From: Bacteroidales bacterium
GTDB taxonomy: Bacteria; Bacteroidota; Bacteroidia; Bacteroidales; WCHB1-69
Direction of reading: 5' to 3'
Assembly (NCBI GenBank): GCA_024400835.1
Contig: JAKSMC010000011.1
Span: 572-64,571, forward strand
Length of the DNA stretch: 64,000 nucleotides
The position numbers and the translations under genes were made by a program. Shown here in pieces: positions 28,564 through 37,660 of this stretch (positions are counted from its first letter, which is position 1; every line of letters starts with the position of its first letter). The notes beneath the pieces were generated by a model. It was not told the origin of the DNA. It made no database searches and was given only the letters and a program-made list of their open reading frames with translations.

Positions 28564-28797
28564 CTACAGGATGCCCTTTTCGGATGCTTCAACGAGGCTG
28601 TTGTAGATGCCTTTCTTGTTGATGATGCGCATACCATGAGCGGATACTTTGAGGTAAATCCATTCGTCTAATTCAGGAACATAGAATTTCTTGGTATGTA
28701 AGTTCGGACTGAATTTTCTTTTGGTCTTGTTGTTAGCGTGGGAAACATTATTACCAACCACTGCTTTCTTACCTGTGATTTGACAAACTCTTGACAT
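28564..28797 (-). CDS. rpmB: 50S ribosomal protein L28
   Basis: [33 protein letters not shown]... Confidence 0.95.
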   Translation of the reverse strand: MSRVCQITGKKAVVGNNVSHANNKTKRKFSPNLHTKKFYVPELDEWIYLKVSAHGMRIINKKGIYNSLVEASEKGIL

Positions 28798-28844
28798 TTT
28801 CTCTATCGTTTTTAATGATTAATAATCTATTTTTAATTGGGCGG

Positions 28845-28852
28845 CAAAAGTA
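28845..28852 (-). promoter_or_regulatory. Bacteroidota -7 box upstream of rpmB
   Basis: The minus strand reads TACTTTTG, ~48 nt upstream of the ATG. Confidence 0.5.
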
Positions 28853-28905
28853 CATTTTTTTTTCTAATTCCACAACTGCTTGTTAGTAAAAAAAATAATA
28901 TTTTG

Positions 28906-31900
28906 TTATTCCTCTAAAATACAGCGGATAGAGTGGCCATTTTCCTTGCTGGAAATAGATTTTATGTCTTTGTCACAATGCCTGTTGATAATAAAAGTGG
29001 GAGAAAAAAGGGTGGATGATGCCGCAGAATTGTACCAAAAACGGGTTTCACCGAGCAGATTTTCGAATCGGTTGTTCTGTCCGTTGAAGAAACCGGCAGG
29101 CAAAGCACTGAAACCGGTGGCGTTGTTTCCTCCTCCTGTGAGCCAGTAATTGGGAGATCGCAATTCGCTGATGTCGTGCATGCCGAGCCGCACGTATTGC
29201 GCTTCTTCCGGAAGGTACCACCCTGTAGGACATATTCCCTGGATGTGCCCCTGTGGCGTAAGTTGCCCGGCACGTCCGGTGTCTGTGGCTGCCTCAAAAG
29301 TGTATAGCTGCCCGAAGATTTCTACATTTTCCGCTGTGTTCGGAAATAGGTCTGAGTAATAGGACATCACGTCGTCGATTGCCCTGCCATCGCTATAATG
29401 TTCAGACCGTAGGTTGCTCTGCGTCCAGCAAAGATGATCTATGCGTACGGCGTGGTAGATGTTTCCGTCATAGTCGATGGCGTCAGGACACGGAGCTTCA
29501 GGAATGATGCTCAGAATGAATGTCACCGTGCTGTCGCATCCGTGTGCTCGGCCAAATGTCAGCGTCGTGCTGTCAGGCTCGTAGTAAAGTTCTCCATTCC
29601 ACCAATAGGGCAGCTCTTCTTCGTGTACAGCCTGCCGTATCGTTGTGTCCACACGTCGGTTTTCATGCACAACTACAACTGCGGTTCGTAGAAGAGAGTC
29701 TTGCTCTATTCTACTAGGTCGGTATGGACATCGAAATGCGGATTCAGCCACCACGTACAACAATGTGTCTCTGGATAGTGTTTCGAAATAGTAGCGGGAC
29801 ACCTCGTCCTTGTCAAAGATGGTGTCGCGTCGGAGAACTTCGGACCCCGTCTGCCAGCGCAGCACGTACGGTGCGACCGAAGTTGACTTAGCCGTCAACA
29901 CGCTTGCTTCGCCCTTGCAGATGGTGTCGTTGGTGCAGATTAGCTCGGCTCTTTCTTCGGCACTGATAAAGGAGACGCGAACGGTGTCTTCGGGAATGAG
30001 GAAAGAGCAACGCTCATCTCGTATTTCCGTGACGTAGAAGATCGTTGGGTCGTGCATGATCAAACTGTGGGTACTGTCGGTGACCCCTGACGGCCTGTTG
30101 GAGAGCACGCGGATGGGAACGGCCGCACTGTCTGCCCGCATGATGGTGTAGGTTATGAGCCCGGTTCCATACGCTGTGGACTGCAGCGTCATTTCGGTGC
30201 CGGGGCATACGGTGGTGTCTTGTGCCAAATGCACGGAAGGTGCTCCTATGACGTCCAACTGGATGCTGTCAGAAAGCGGAGTGCACCCGGTGCCGAGCAA
30301 CTCCACATGGTAGATACCTGCCGTTTCGCTACCTCTTGGGATGAAAATTTCTGGATTCTGGTCGTTTCGTTCGAAGCCGTTCGGCCCAGTCCAATGATAG
30401 GTGACGCCACCGAGCGATATGCCGTAGAAATGGCAGGTGGCCCCTTCGCAAATGCTGACTTCGTTGAGGTCGTTTTCTGCCCATCCTTTCCGAATGCGCG
30501 ACATGTCGCTGACGGTGAAGTTTGTGAGGAAATGTGCCCCGCAGGCATCGCTCATCTCTATGGAAAGAGCTTGCCCATAGTGAATGGGTAGATTGTCAAA
30601 GTCGCCTACTGTGTTTTGGGCCATGACGTCACCTTCCCCATTGATTGAGCCGTATATGGTGTATGTGTATGGAAGAAGCCCGTTTTTCCCTCGGGCACGA
30701 ACAAAGCCGATGCTGTCTTCACTGTTGCATACATGAGAATATAAATAGTCTGCTTGAATGGTGCCTCCATCCCATTGTATGATGGTGTCTTTGATGTAAC
30801 ACGGGTTTTGATTGATTAAGCCTTCGTCATCTTTGGGTAGGGCATACATACTGAGTGTGTAGGTGCCGGGCAGTCCGATAAATAAAGATTCTCCCTTCTT
30901 TTTGGAGTTGACGGAATGTATAATCGTGTCTTCTTGATGTATTAGAAAAAAGGTCTCAATATTCGTTCCTTCGAGTTGGAACTGTCCAGCAATAGGCTTG
31001 ATTTCCAAGCTGGAACAGTGTTTTGTGAATTGGTAAGAGGGCTCCTCGGCCAATACGGGGTCTTCAGTGAATGTGACCCATTGCTCAATGGTGTCGTTCG
31101 GCAATTCACATGCGTGATGGATGACCCACTTGTACTTGCCGGATGGCAGGCCGTAGTCTTGCATGATCATGCCTGCGAATGTGTCGTAAATAGATTTTTT
31201 GTATGATTTGAAAAGCAATTCCGCTTGGTTTGCATTGTTGTATTTCTCTACGTGATAATGCTCAGTTCTGTCTATGTATGCTTTGAGATTGTAGAAATTG
31301 TCCCGTGGTGATTCTATTAGGAATAATGTGTCTCCACTGTATATGTATTTGTTTTCGAGTGTCTTGGAATGGAAGGGCGCATGGTTCATCATCATTCCTA
31401 AGGTGTGCATCTCGCTTGAGCACATCCCTTGCGGTTCTACGGTTTCCCAGTTGTAGTAGGTGTCGATAGCATTATGGTGCTCATATCTTGTCGGATAGAA
31501 GAAATATTTGCAGTCCGAAAGTAAAGGACATCCGTTGTCATCTATGACCTCAAAAACAATACTGTCACCGAATAAAGTGGTGTCTGATAGGCAAATGAAG
31601 GCCCAACAATAGTCTAGAGAGGAATCTGTGGTAATTAAAATTATACTGTCTCGTGTGAGGTCTATTACTTTGAGATGGATAGGGTAGGTGATGTAAGAAT
31701 GCTTGAGCATACCATTGCTGATGGAAGTTATATCTCCACTATAAGAGTAGTTTCTGGCATTTGCGCATGCGGTGCTGTCGGGTGTCGTGGTGCAAGCTGT
31801 GCAATTGTGAGACAAATGTGCACCTGTGAACGTAAATGCCGATGTCTCTTCACCAATGTGATATTCGCAAAAATCATAGTAAGTTTCTTCCTTTGTAACA

Positions 31901-33078
31901 TATCTGTGGGAAATTCTTGTTGCAAAACTGTTATTCCCTTGCGGATAAATGGTGAAGTCGTAACTCCATATTGTGTCTTCGCAGAGCTTTGCCCTGAACT
32001 GAAGCTGGATGCTCTTGAACCAGATTTCTCCATAGTTGCTTAGACTCGCAACAGTGTCGTACAAAAATGCCATGTTGTTGTGCTGCAGAGGGAGGTCGTA
32101 CCATTGCGTCGTGTCGCGCTCGTCGCCTAAGGTTGGGTTGACAAAACGGTATTCGAACATAGAGATGCTGTCTTGCAAATAATAATAGTATTCGTCATTG
32201 TGATCCTCCCAATGATGGATGTTGTAAACCTCTTTGAAAGTGATGACGTTGTAACTGGTCGGGTCACCGGAACTGTTGCGGAGCAGATGGTGCTCTTTGC
32301 TGAGGTCGTGCTTGACCGTCGGCACAGTGGCAAATAAAGAAGGCATGTAGTAGCCGCAGCCGTCATGGCAGAGGAATTTGTAATTGCCGGCGGGCAGACT
32401 GTCTATGGTGAAATACTGCCTGTAATCGAAGCGCGAAGCATTGTTTCCGAAATGTTGCAAAGTGTCAAAAGTGACTGTCCGTAAGAATGCCGTGTCGCCA
32501 GGATCGCACGACCAAATGTCAATGGTATATGGGAAATTCCCATGCTGGATGCTGATTTGGACTTGCCCCGATGGATAACATTTCAAGGATGGCACAATCC
32601 CATACGGCTCCTGGAATGTGAAGATGTTGTGGAGCAGTCCACATTCGGGAATGTGGTAATCGCTGCCGACAGTTACTTCTACTGAATCAGAAACAATGGC
32701 ATACGCATCCGCTTGCCCGAGACCGGTCCTGCAAAGCGCATTCACGGTCACTCTATAGGTGCCCGGACGGAAGTGCCGCACTACGGGGTCGGAAGTCTCT
32801 ATAATAGAATCTGTTCCTGACAATGGTATGTAACTGAATCTGATTTGCTCTAACTGCGACCCGCTGGTGTCTGATAATGAGCAATGTATCTCTCCGTCAT
32901 ACTGGCAGCGCGCTGATACTGTGCTTGCCGCTAATTTGATGGAACAGCCTGACTGAGCGTATGTTGTCTTGCCTCCCATTATAAATAAAGAAATAATTGT
33001 TAAATGGTAATAAAATAAAAAAGAGAGCCCTGGAGCTCTCTTTTTTAATGTCTTCGTCTTGTGATAACTTCGATTCAT
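28906..33078 (-). CDS. Giant (~1390 aa) Cys-rich surface protein with C-terminal FISUMP domain
   Basis: Probable start MNRSYHKT... followed by a hydrophobic signal/anchor LSFLFYYHLTIISLFIMGG. C-terminus DYDGNIYHAVRIDHLCWTQSNLR...GQLYTFEAA...CPTGWYLPEEAQY...GETRFWY...IRCI. The ORF-track start at 33171 lies upstream of the promoter box. Confidence 0.75.
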   Translation of the reverse strand: MNRSYHKTKTLKKRAPGLSFLFYYHLTIISLFIMGGKTTYAQSGCSIKLAASTVSARCQYDGEIHCSLSDTSGSQLEQIRFSYIPLSGTDSIIETSDPVVRHFRPGTYRVTVNALCRTGLGQADAYAIVSDSVEVTVGSDYHIPECGLLHNIFTFQEPYGIVPSLKCYPSGQVQISIQHGNFPYTIDIWSCDPGDTAFLRTVTFDTLQHFGNNASRFDYRQYFTIDSLPAGNYKFLCHDGCGYYMPSLFATVPTVKHDLSKEHHLLRNSSGDPTSYNVITFKEVYNIHHWEDHNDEYYYYLQDSISMFEYRFVNPTLGDERDTTQWYDLPLQHNNMAFLYDTVASLSNYGEIWFKSIQLQFRAKLCEDTIWSYDFTIYPQGNNSFATRISHRYVTKEETYYDFCEYHIGEETSAFTFTGAHLSHNCTACTTTPDSTACANARNYSYSGDITSISNGMLKHSYITYPIHLKVIDLTRDSIILITTDSSLDYCWAFICLSDTTLFGDSIVFEVIDDNGCPLLSDCKYFFYPTRYEHHNAIDTYYNWETVEPQGMCSSEMHTLGMMMNHAPFHSKTLENKYIYSGDTLFLIESPRDNFYNLKAYIDRTEHYHVEKYNNANQAELLFKSYKKSIYDTFAGMIMQDYGLPSGKYKWVIHHACELPNDTIEQWVTFTEDPVLAEEPSYQFTKHCSSLEIKPIAGQFQLEGTNIETFFLIHQEDTIIHSVNSKKKGESLFIGLPGTYTLSMYALPKDDEGLINQNPCYIKDTIIQWDGGTIQADYLYSHVCNSEDSIGFVRARGKNGLLPYTYTIYGSINGEGDVMAQNTVGDFDNLPIHYGQALSIEMSDACGAHFLTNFTVSDMSRIRKGWAENDLNEVSICEGATCHFYGISLGGVTYHWTGPNGFERNDQNPEIFIPRGSETAGIYHVELLGTGCTPLSDSIQLDVIGAPSVHLAQDTTVCPGTEMTLQSTAYGTGLITYTIMRADSAAVPIRVLSNRPSGVTDSTHSLIMHDPTIFYVTEIRDERCSFLIPEDTVRVSFISAEERAELICTNDTICKGEASVLTAKSTSVAPYVLRWQTGSEVLRRDTIFDKDEVSRYYFETLSRDTLLYVVAESAFRCPYRPSRIEQDSLLRTAVVVVHENRRVDTTIRQAVHEEELPYWWNGELYYEPDSTTLTFGRAHGCDSTVTFILSIIPEAPCPDAIDYDGNIYHAVRIDHLCWTQSNLRSEHYSDGRAIDDVMSYYSDLFPNTAENVEIFGQLYTFEAATDTGRAGQLTPQGHIQGICPTGWYLPEEAQYVRLGMHDISELRSPNYWLTGGGNNATGFSALPAGFFNGQNNRFENLLGETRFWYNSAASSTLFSPTFIINRHCDKDIKSISSKENGHSIRCILEE

Positions 33079-33160
33079 TTGGGGTAAATATTTGATTTGT
33101 ATTATAGTGTGATAAAATAGTGTCTCGCCGAATCGTATCTTTCTTATATTAATTCGGCGG

Positions 33161-33168
33161 CAAAAATA
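33161..33168 (-). promoter_or_regulatory. Bacteroidota -7 box upstream of the second FISUMP gene
   Basis: The minus strand reads TATTTTTG, ~83 nt upstream of the ATG at 33078. Confidence 0.4.
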
Positions 33169-33239
33169 CAAAAAATATTTAATAATAAATCGAATTTGTA
33201 GAAAATATTAACTAATATTTAATCTTTAACATTTGTTTG

Positions 33240-34505
33240 TTAAATCTTATTCCCGGGTCTTGCGGCATTGATGAAGAACAAGGCGTTGAAAAGTGCGATA
33301 AAGTCTACTCCTGCGCGGACTTTCAACATACATTCCACAGCAATGTTCAAAATAACCATGAGGGAAAATGAGACGTAGAGTAGGTCTTTTTTCCGAATAC
33401 TATAATATAGAGGATAAAGGCAGAATGCGACCAGTGCGATAAGTCCCAAGATACCTGTTTCCAATGTGGTTTGCAGGTATTGGCAATGTGCGTTGTAACG
33501 ATGTCCGATAATGTTGGAGTAGTTTTTCTTCAAAGCGTGAAGGCGGATTTCCTGGTCGGCGTCGCCGGTGCCCACGCCCCAAGGCATGTTTTGGCGGATC
33601 AGTTCGGAAGTGGTTTTCCAAAGGGTGAGCCTCATCTCACTGCTGTCGGTGCCGTAGGGGTCCTCCTTGTGGTTTCGAATCTGCTCGACACTTTCCATCA
33701 GTCTGTTTTTTTGAATCCAACCGGATTTGTAGATGATGATGGAACCTCCGATGAGAACTGACAATATGATGATACCCGGGAGTATTCTTCTTTTTTTAAT
33801 AAAGTAGTAGATTATCCAGATGAATAGCAGCATGAAAAAGCAGATGAGTCCGGCTTTGGACTGTAGGAGTATGACGGCCGTGAAAAGCAGGGCTGCCAAG
33901 GCGATGACACCGGCCCGTTTGAGGGTGGCCATCTCTTTCCCGAATTTGTTGAGCATCTGCAGAAGGAAGAAGAATGCCAAAGTGGCGTACATGGCCACAT
34001 AGGATGGATGTAGGAGCTTTGACAGGGAGCTATAGTAGAAATAGTGAGTGTTCCCGGTGACCGTGAATTTCCGACAGGCCATAAACAGGATGATGACTAT
34101 GTGTAAGCCGATGCCTAAGGAAAATAGACCTAAAGCGCTGTTGAAGTGTTTGTCGGTGAACTTTTGCGGGCTGATTGTCAGCATCAGCAGCGGAGCAGCC
34201 AACAGCCAGGTGCCGCAGTCAAACGCGGCATAGGCCTCGGTCTTGTTGCAGGACATAAGCAATCCCGGAATAAGCATTAGGTAGATGGCCGTCAGACATA
34301 TCAGAGCAGGGACGGCTTTCCGTTGGCGGATGTTTTGCCATTTCTCTTTCCAGTCCCATTTGACAATCCAAAGGAGAAACATCAGAATGGCTATGGGCAG
34401 CATAAGCCAGTTGCTCAGTGGCAGGGTTGCCATGGCAATCAGCAACAGCCCGTAGAAGGTGTTGAAATACCAGTCGCCGTTGAAAAGTTCCTTTATCTTA
34501 TTCAT
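33240..34505 (-). CDS. O-antigen ligase/polymerase (Wzy_C/WaaL-like) family membrane protein
   Basis: ~11 TM helices and a large loop with the SKAGLICFF...LWK...PWGVGTGD pattern typical of the O-antigen ligase family. Confidence 0.65.
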   Translation of the reverse strand: MNKIKELFNGDWYFNTFYGLLLIAMATLPLSNWLMLPIAILMFLLWIVKWDWKEKWQNIRQRKAVPALICLTAIYLMLIPGLLMSCNKTEAYAAFDCGTWLLAAPLLMLTISPQKFTDKHFNSALGLFSLGIGLHIVIILFMACRKFTVTGNTHYFYYSSLSKLLHPSYVAMYATLAFFFLLQMLNKFGKEMATLKRAGVIALAALLFTAVILLQSKAGLICFFMLLFIWIIYYFIKKRRILPGIIILSVLIGGSIIIYKSGWIQKNRLMESVEQIRNHKEDPYGTDSSEMRLTLWKTTSELIRQNMPWGVGTGDADQEIRLHALKKNYSNIIGHRYNAHCQYLQTTLETGILGLIALVAFCLYPLYYSIRKKDLLYVSFSLMVILNIAVECMLKVRAGVDFIALFNALFFINAARPGNKI

Positions 34506-35409
34506 TGGTAAAAAGGTTCAAGATTTTCATACCCAGGTCTTCGTAAAACTTCTGGGTTCCGTAGGGCTTGTATCCGCCGGCCGGGGTAAATGTCATCTCG
34601 CCGAAGACGGGCCTGCCGTCAATTTCGTAATAGTCCACGCGGACAAAAGGGAATGGCTGTGACAGTTTTTCTGCCGCAGCTATGATTTCATCCAAAGATG
34701 CTGGCTTCTGCGGGGCCTCGTCGGTGTGGATGGCGCGCGGGTTGTATTCAGGAATTACGTTCCATTTCGTGTCCAGCAAGGTTTTAATGGCTTTCTCGTG
34801 CACGCGGTCCTGACAGTGCAGAATGACTTGGGCAGTTCCTCCTATACAATATATTTTATAGTCAATAAGAGAAGGCTCTTGATGTAGGAATTTCTCAGCG
34901 ATGATCTTGGGCGGAATGGGCAGATAATGGAACTCGGCCGATTCCAAGCCGAAAGGCTTTTCCATCCATTTCAGGAATTGCTTTGTCACATCTTCCTTGT
35001 TCGTGACTTTTTTGTCACGGATGGGCATGACGCTGTGGCAGCCGTTGTTGAGTTTCAGTACGAAGCTGTCGGGCAGCGCGCTCCAGTTGATGTCTTGAGG
35101 CTGCTCCCAGTATCCGTAAAGTTCGTTGAGGTGGTTCTCTAAGCCACAATCTCTAACGTACTCGCGCACGGCGTATTTGTCTGCTAACTCGGGCCATCGG
35201 GAGGTGTCGCTGCGGAGTTTCAGCCACTGGATGGCTTCCGGTAGGGTGGTGGGATGGTCGAGATTGAGCTTTCTCTTGCAGGTGTGCTGGTAGCATAGAC
35301 GTACGGCAGCTTCGCGGTTGGTCAGCGCGAGCTTGCGGCGATAACTTCGGCTGGCGAACCGAATGTCGTCACAGATTTTCTCAGCAAAGGTGTAGCGTGC
35401 CGTGCCCAT
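34498..35409 (-). CDS. ATP-grasp fold amidoligase family protein (TupA-like)
   Basis: LNLDHPTTLPEAIQWLKL...DKYAVREYV...FVLKLNNGC...DYKIYCIGG...RVDYYEIDGRPVFGEMTFTP. The start is taken at M27 (35409) to avoid a 64-nt overlap with trmD. Confidence 0.6.
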   Translation of the reverse strand: MGTARYTFAEKICDDIRFASRSYRRKLALTNREAAVRLCYQHTCKRKLNLDHPTTLPEAIQWLKLRSDTSRWPELADKYAVREYVRDCGLENHLNELYGYWEQPQDINWSALPDSFVLKLNNGCHSVMPIRDKKVTNKEDVTKQFLKWMEKPFGLESAEFHYLPIPPKIIAEKFLHQEPSLIDYKIYCIGGTAQVILHCQDRVHEKAIKTLLDTKWNVIPEYNPRAIHTDEAPQKPASLDEIIAAAEKLSQPFPFVRVDYYEIDGRPVFGEMTFTPAGGYKPYGTQKFYEDLGMKILNLFTNE

Positions 35410-35423
35410 GTCCAGAGGTGCTA

Positions 35424-36101
35424 TTACTTGTTCAACAAATCGGGTCTGCGCTCTTTGGTGCGTTGCAGCTGTTGCTCCATTTTCCATTCGTTGATGAGTT
35501 TTTCATTGCCGGAAAGGAGCACGTCGGGGACGCGGTGGCCTCTGAAGTCCGCGGGGCGCGTGTACACGGGGGCGGAAAGCAGGCCGTCTTGGAAGGAGTC
35601 TGACAATGCGGAGGTGCCGTCGCTGATGACACCGGGGATGATGCGGGCCAGCGCGTCAGTGATGACCATGGCGGCAAGTTCTCCTCCGGAGAGCACGTAG
35701 TCGCCGATGCTGATGTCCTCGGTGATGTACATTTCGCGAACTCTTTCGTCAACGCCTTTGTAGTGGCCGCAGAGCAGGATGATGTTGTTGAGCATGGACA
35801 TGCCGTTGGCCATCTGCTGGTTGAACTGCTTGCCGTCGGGCGCCATCAGGTAGATGCCGTCGTAGGTGCGCTCACTTTGGAGCTGCTCGATACAGCGGGC
35901 AATCGGTTCTATCATCATGACCATGCCGGCTTCGCCGCCGAAGGGATAGTCGTCGGCTTTGTGGTGCTTGTCCGTGGTGTATGCCCGGATGTCGTGCGTG
36001 TGGAGCTCCAGAAGCTGCTTGTCAACAGCCCGTTTCAAGATGGAGTTTCCGAATACGCCCGTGAACATGTCGGGGAAGAGTGTGAGTATGTCTATGCGCA
36101 T
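35424..36101 (-). CDS. trmD: tRNA (guanine37-N1)-methyltransferase
   Basis: [13 protein letters not shown]..., [29 protein letters not shown]. Confidence 0.95.
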   Translation of the reverse strand: MRIDILTLFPDMFTGVFGNSILKRAVDKQLLELHTHDIRAYTTDKHHKADDYPFGGEAGMVMMIEPIARCIEQLQSERTYDGIYLMAPDGKQFNQQMANGMSMLNNIILLCGHYKGVDERVREMYITEDISIGDYVLSGGELAAMVITDALARIIPGVISDGTSALSDSFQDGLLSAPVYTRPADFRGHRVPDVLLSGNEKLINEWKMEQQLQRTKERRPDLLNK

Positions 36102-36104
36102 AGT

Positions 36105-36755
36105 TTATAGTTTTTCAATCATCATAATGCCGTCGCGGAAGGGCAGGAGTAGGTTCCGGACGCGCGGGTCATGCTGTACGAAGTCGTTGAATGCCAATAT
36201 GGCCTTGGTGTCTCTGTCGTTGTGGGCTACTTCGTGCGTGACTTTTCCGTTCCACAAGGTGTTGTCCACTAAGATGAAACCGCCAGGTCTGACCTTTGGC
36301 AGTATGATGTCGTAATAGTCTTGGTAATCTTCTTTCTCTGCATCGATGAAGACCAGGTCCCAGCAGTAGTCCAGAGTGGCGGCTACCTCTTTGGCATCTC
36401 CAATGTGCAGGATGATGCGCTCGCAGAGAGGCGACTGCCCCACGTATTCGCGGATGCGGTCTTCGAATTCGATGTTGTTTTCGATGGTGTGCAACTCTCC
36501 GTCAGCAGGCAGGCCTTCGGCGAGGCACAAGGCGGAATAGCCTGTGAATGTGCCAACTTCTAAGATGCGATTAGGATGCACCATCTTGGCAATGAAGGTG
36601 AGAAACTGCCCTTGCAATTGCCCGGAAAGCATCCGTGGATTGATGGTCTCCAGATGCGTTTGGCGGTTCAGACGGTAGAGCAGGTCGCTTTCGGGAGTGG
36701 TGTGCTGCTCGCAGTAGGCCTCGATGTCGTGGTCTATCAAATCGAACGTGGACAT
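36105..36755 (-). CDS. Class I SAM-dependent O-methyltransferase (caffeoyl-CoA OMT / YrrM-like)
   Basis: ILEVGTFTGYSALCLAEGL, DLVFIDAEKEDY, GGFILVDNTLWNGKV. Confidence 0.8.
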   Translation of the reverse strand: MSTFDLIDHDIEAYCEQHTTPESDLLYRLNRQTHLETINPRMLSGQLQGQFLTFIAKMVHPNRILEVGTFTGYSALCLAEGLPADGELHTIENNIEFEDRIREYVGQSPLCERIILHIGDAKEVAATLDYCWDLVFIDAEKEDYQDYYDIILPKVRPGGFILVDNTLWNGKVTHEVAHNDRDTKAILAFNDFVQHDPRVRNLLLPFRDGIMMIEKL

Positions 36756-36756
36756 G

Positions 36757-36951
36757 CTATGAAAGTTCGGAAATGGTTTTGTTAACTTCTTCTTCTGTCT
36801 TGGTGAGTTTGTCTTTGCAGATCTTTATCAGCTTGGTGGCTGTCTTGATGTTGTCGGAAAGGTCGTCGACGGAGATGTCGGCGTTTTCCATCTGCTTGAC
36901 AATCTGCTGCAGTTGTTCGAAAGCCTCTGTGTATGTGATTTCTTCTTTCAT
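36757..36951 (-). CDS. xseB: Exodeoxyribonuclease VII small subunit
   Basis: 64-aa helical protein: TYTEAFEQLQQIVKQMENADISVDDL...C...L. Confidence 0.75.
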   Translation of the reverse strand: MKEEITYTEAFEQLQQIVKQMENADISVDDLSDNIKTATKLIKICKDKLTKTEEEVNKTISELS

Positions 36952-36964
36952 GATACAAGTCGTA

Positions 36965-37648
36965 TTAGTAGATGATGCCGACTTTCACGCCGCCGAAATG
37001 GTAGAATGCCGGTTGGATGCTGTTGGTGAGGTTTGCGGAGAAGTCGTCTTCGCCATCGCGGACGATGGAGTATCTGATTTTAGAATACTGCAGTTTGTAG
37101 GTGCCGGCGATGAGCAGTGAAACCTTGTCGGACAGTTGGATGCGCAAGCCGAGGCCGGCTTCACCCATGGGGCCTTGGTTTGTGCCGTGAATCACGCGTG
37201 TGGCCACTTCCGGACGAGATGAGATGTACCATTTGAAACCCCAACCCAAGTTGAGGAAGGCGGTAGGCGCAACTCTCGTCTGCATCATGTTGACACTGAG
37301 GTTCAAATAGAGGGGCACGAACGCGGTGTGCTGCCAGAAGTCAATGCCGGTACCAACGCCCATGTAGAAATAGTTGTTGAACTGATAGCCAATCAGCTGC
37401 TCGACGTTGACGTTGAAATTCTTGTTTCTGACTGTTTTCAGAACTTGTGATGCGTCCAAAGTGGGCGGAAGAAGTGCCTCGTGGCAGTCGAAGTTGGCCA
37501 ACTGTATGTCGCCAGCGCCTGTAGCGTATGCCAGTGAGGTCATAAATACGAATTTGCTCTCTTGCGGGATTCTGTTGCGCTGTGCTTGGACGTCCGTGAT
37601 GGAGGCAAATAGGATGATGGCGAGGAATAAGGTGAGTGTTCTTTTCAT
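36965..37648 (-). CDS. Outer-membrane beta-barrel (porin-family) protein
   Basis: Signal peptide, alternating beta-strand pattern, C-terminal ...GGVKVGIIY. Confidence 0.5.
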   Translation of the reverse strand: MKRTLTLFLAIILFASITDVQAQRNRIPQESKFVFMTSLAYATGAGDIQLANFDCHEALLPPTLDASQVLKTVRNKNFNVNVEQLIGYQFNNYFYMGVGTGIDFWQHTAFVPLYLNLSVNMMQTRVAPTAFLNLGWGFKWYISSRPEVATRVIHGTNQGPMGEAGLGLRIQLSDKVSLLIAGTYKLQYSKIRYSIVRDGEDDFSANLTNSIQPAFYHFGGVKVGIIY

Positions 37649-37660
37649 ATCAGTGTGTTT

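Noticed and set aside
28442-28905. Expected rpmG (L33) next to rpmB
   Set aside because: No small ORF with an L33-like sequence is present. rpmB is followed directly by a strong terminator, so nothing is annotated.
33079-33171. N-terminal extension MYFCRR... on the giant FISUMP ORF, with the same peptide in ORF 25742-25933 and MYFCAL at 58930
   Set aside because: The peptide is just the translated promoter box TTTGTATTTTTGCCGCC. A start codon cannot lie upstream of its own -7 element. The next Met gives a proper signal or anchor.
35410-35487. Longer start for the ATP-grasp gene, overlapping trmD by 64 nt
   Set aside because: The extension ([17 protein letters not shown]...) lies inside the trmD 3' end and has no family similarity. 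The internal Met at 35409 was chosen.
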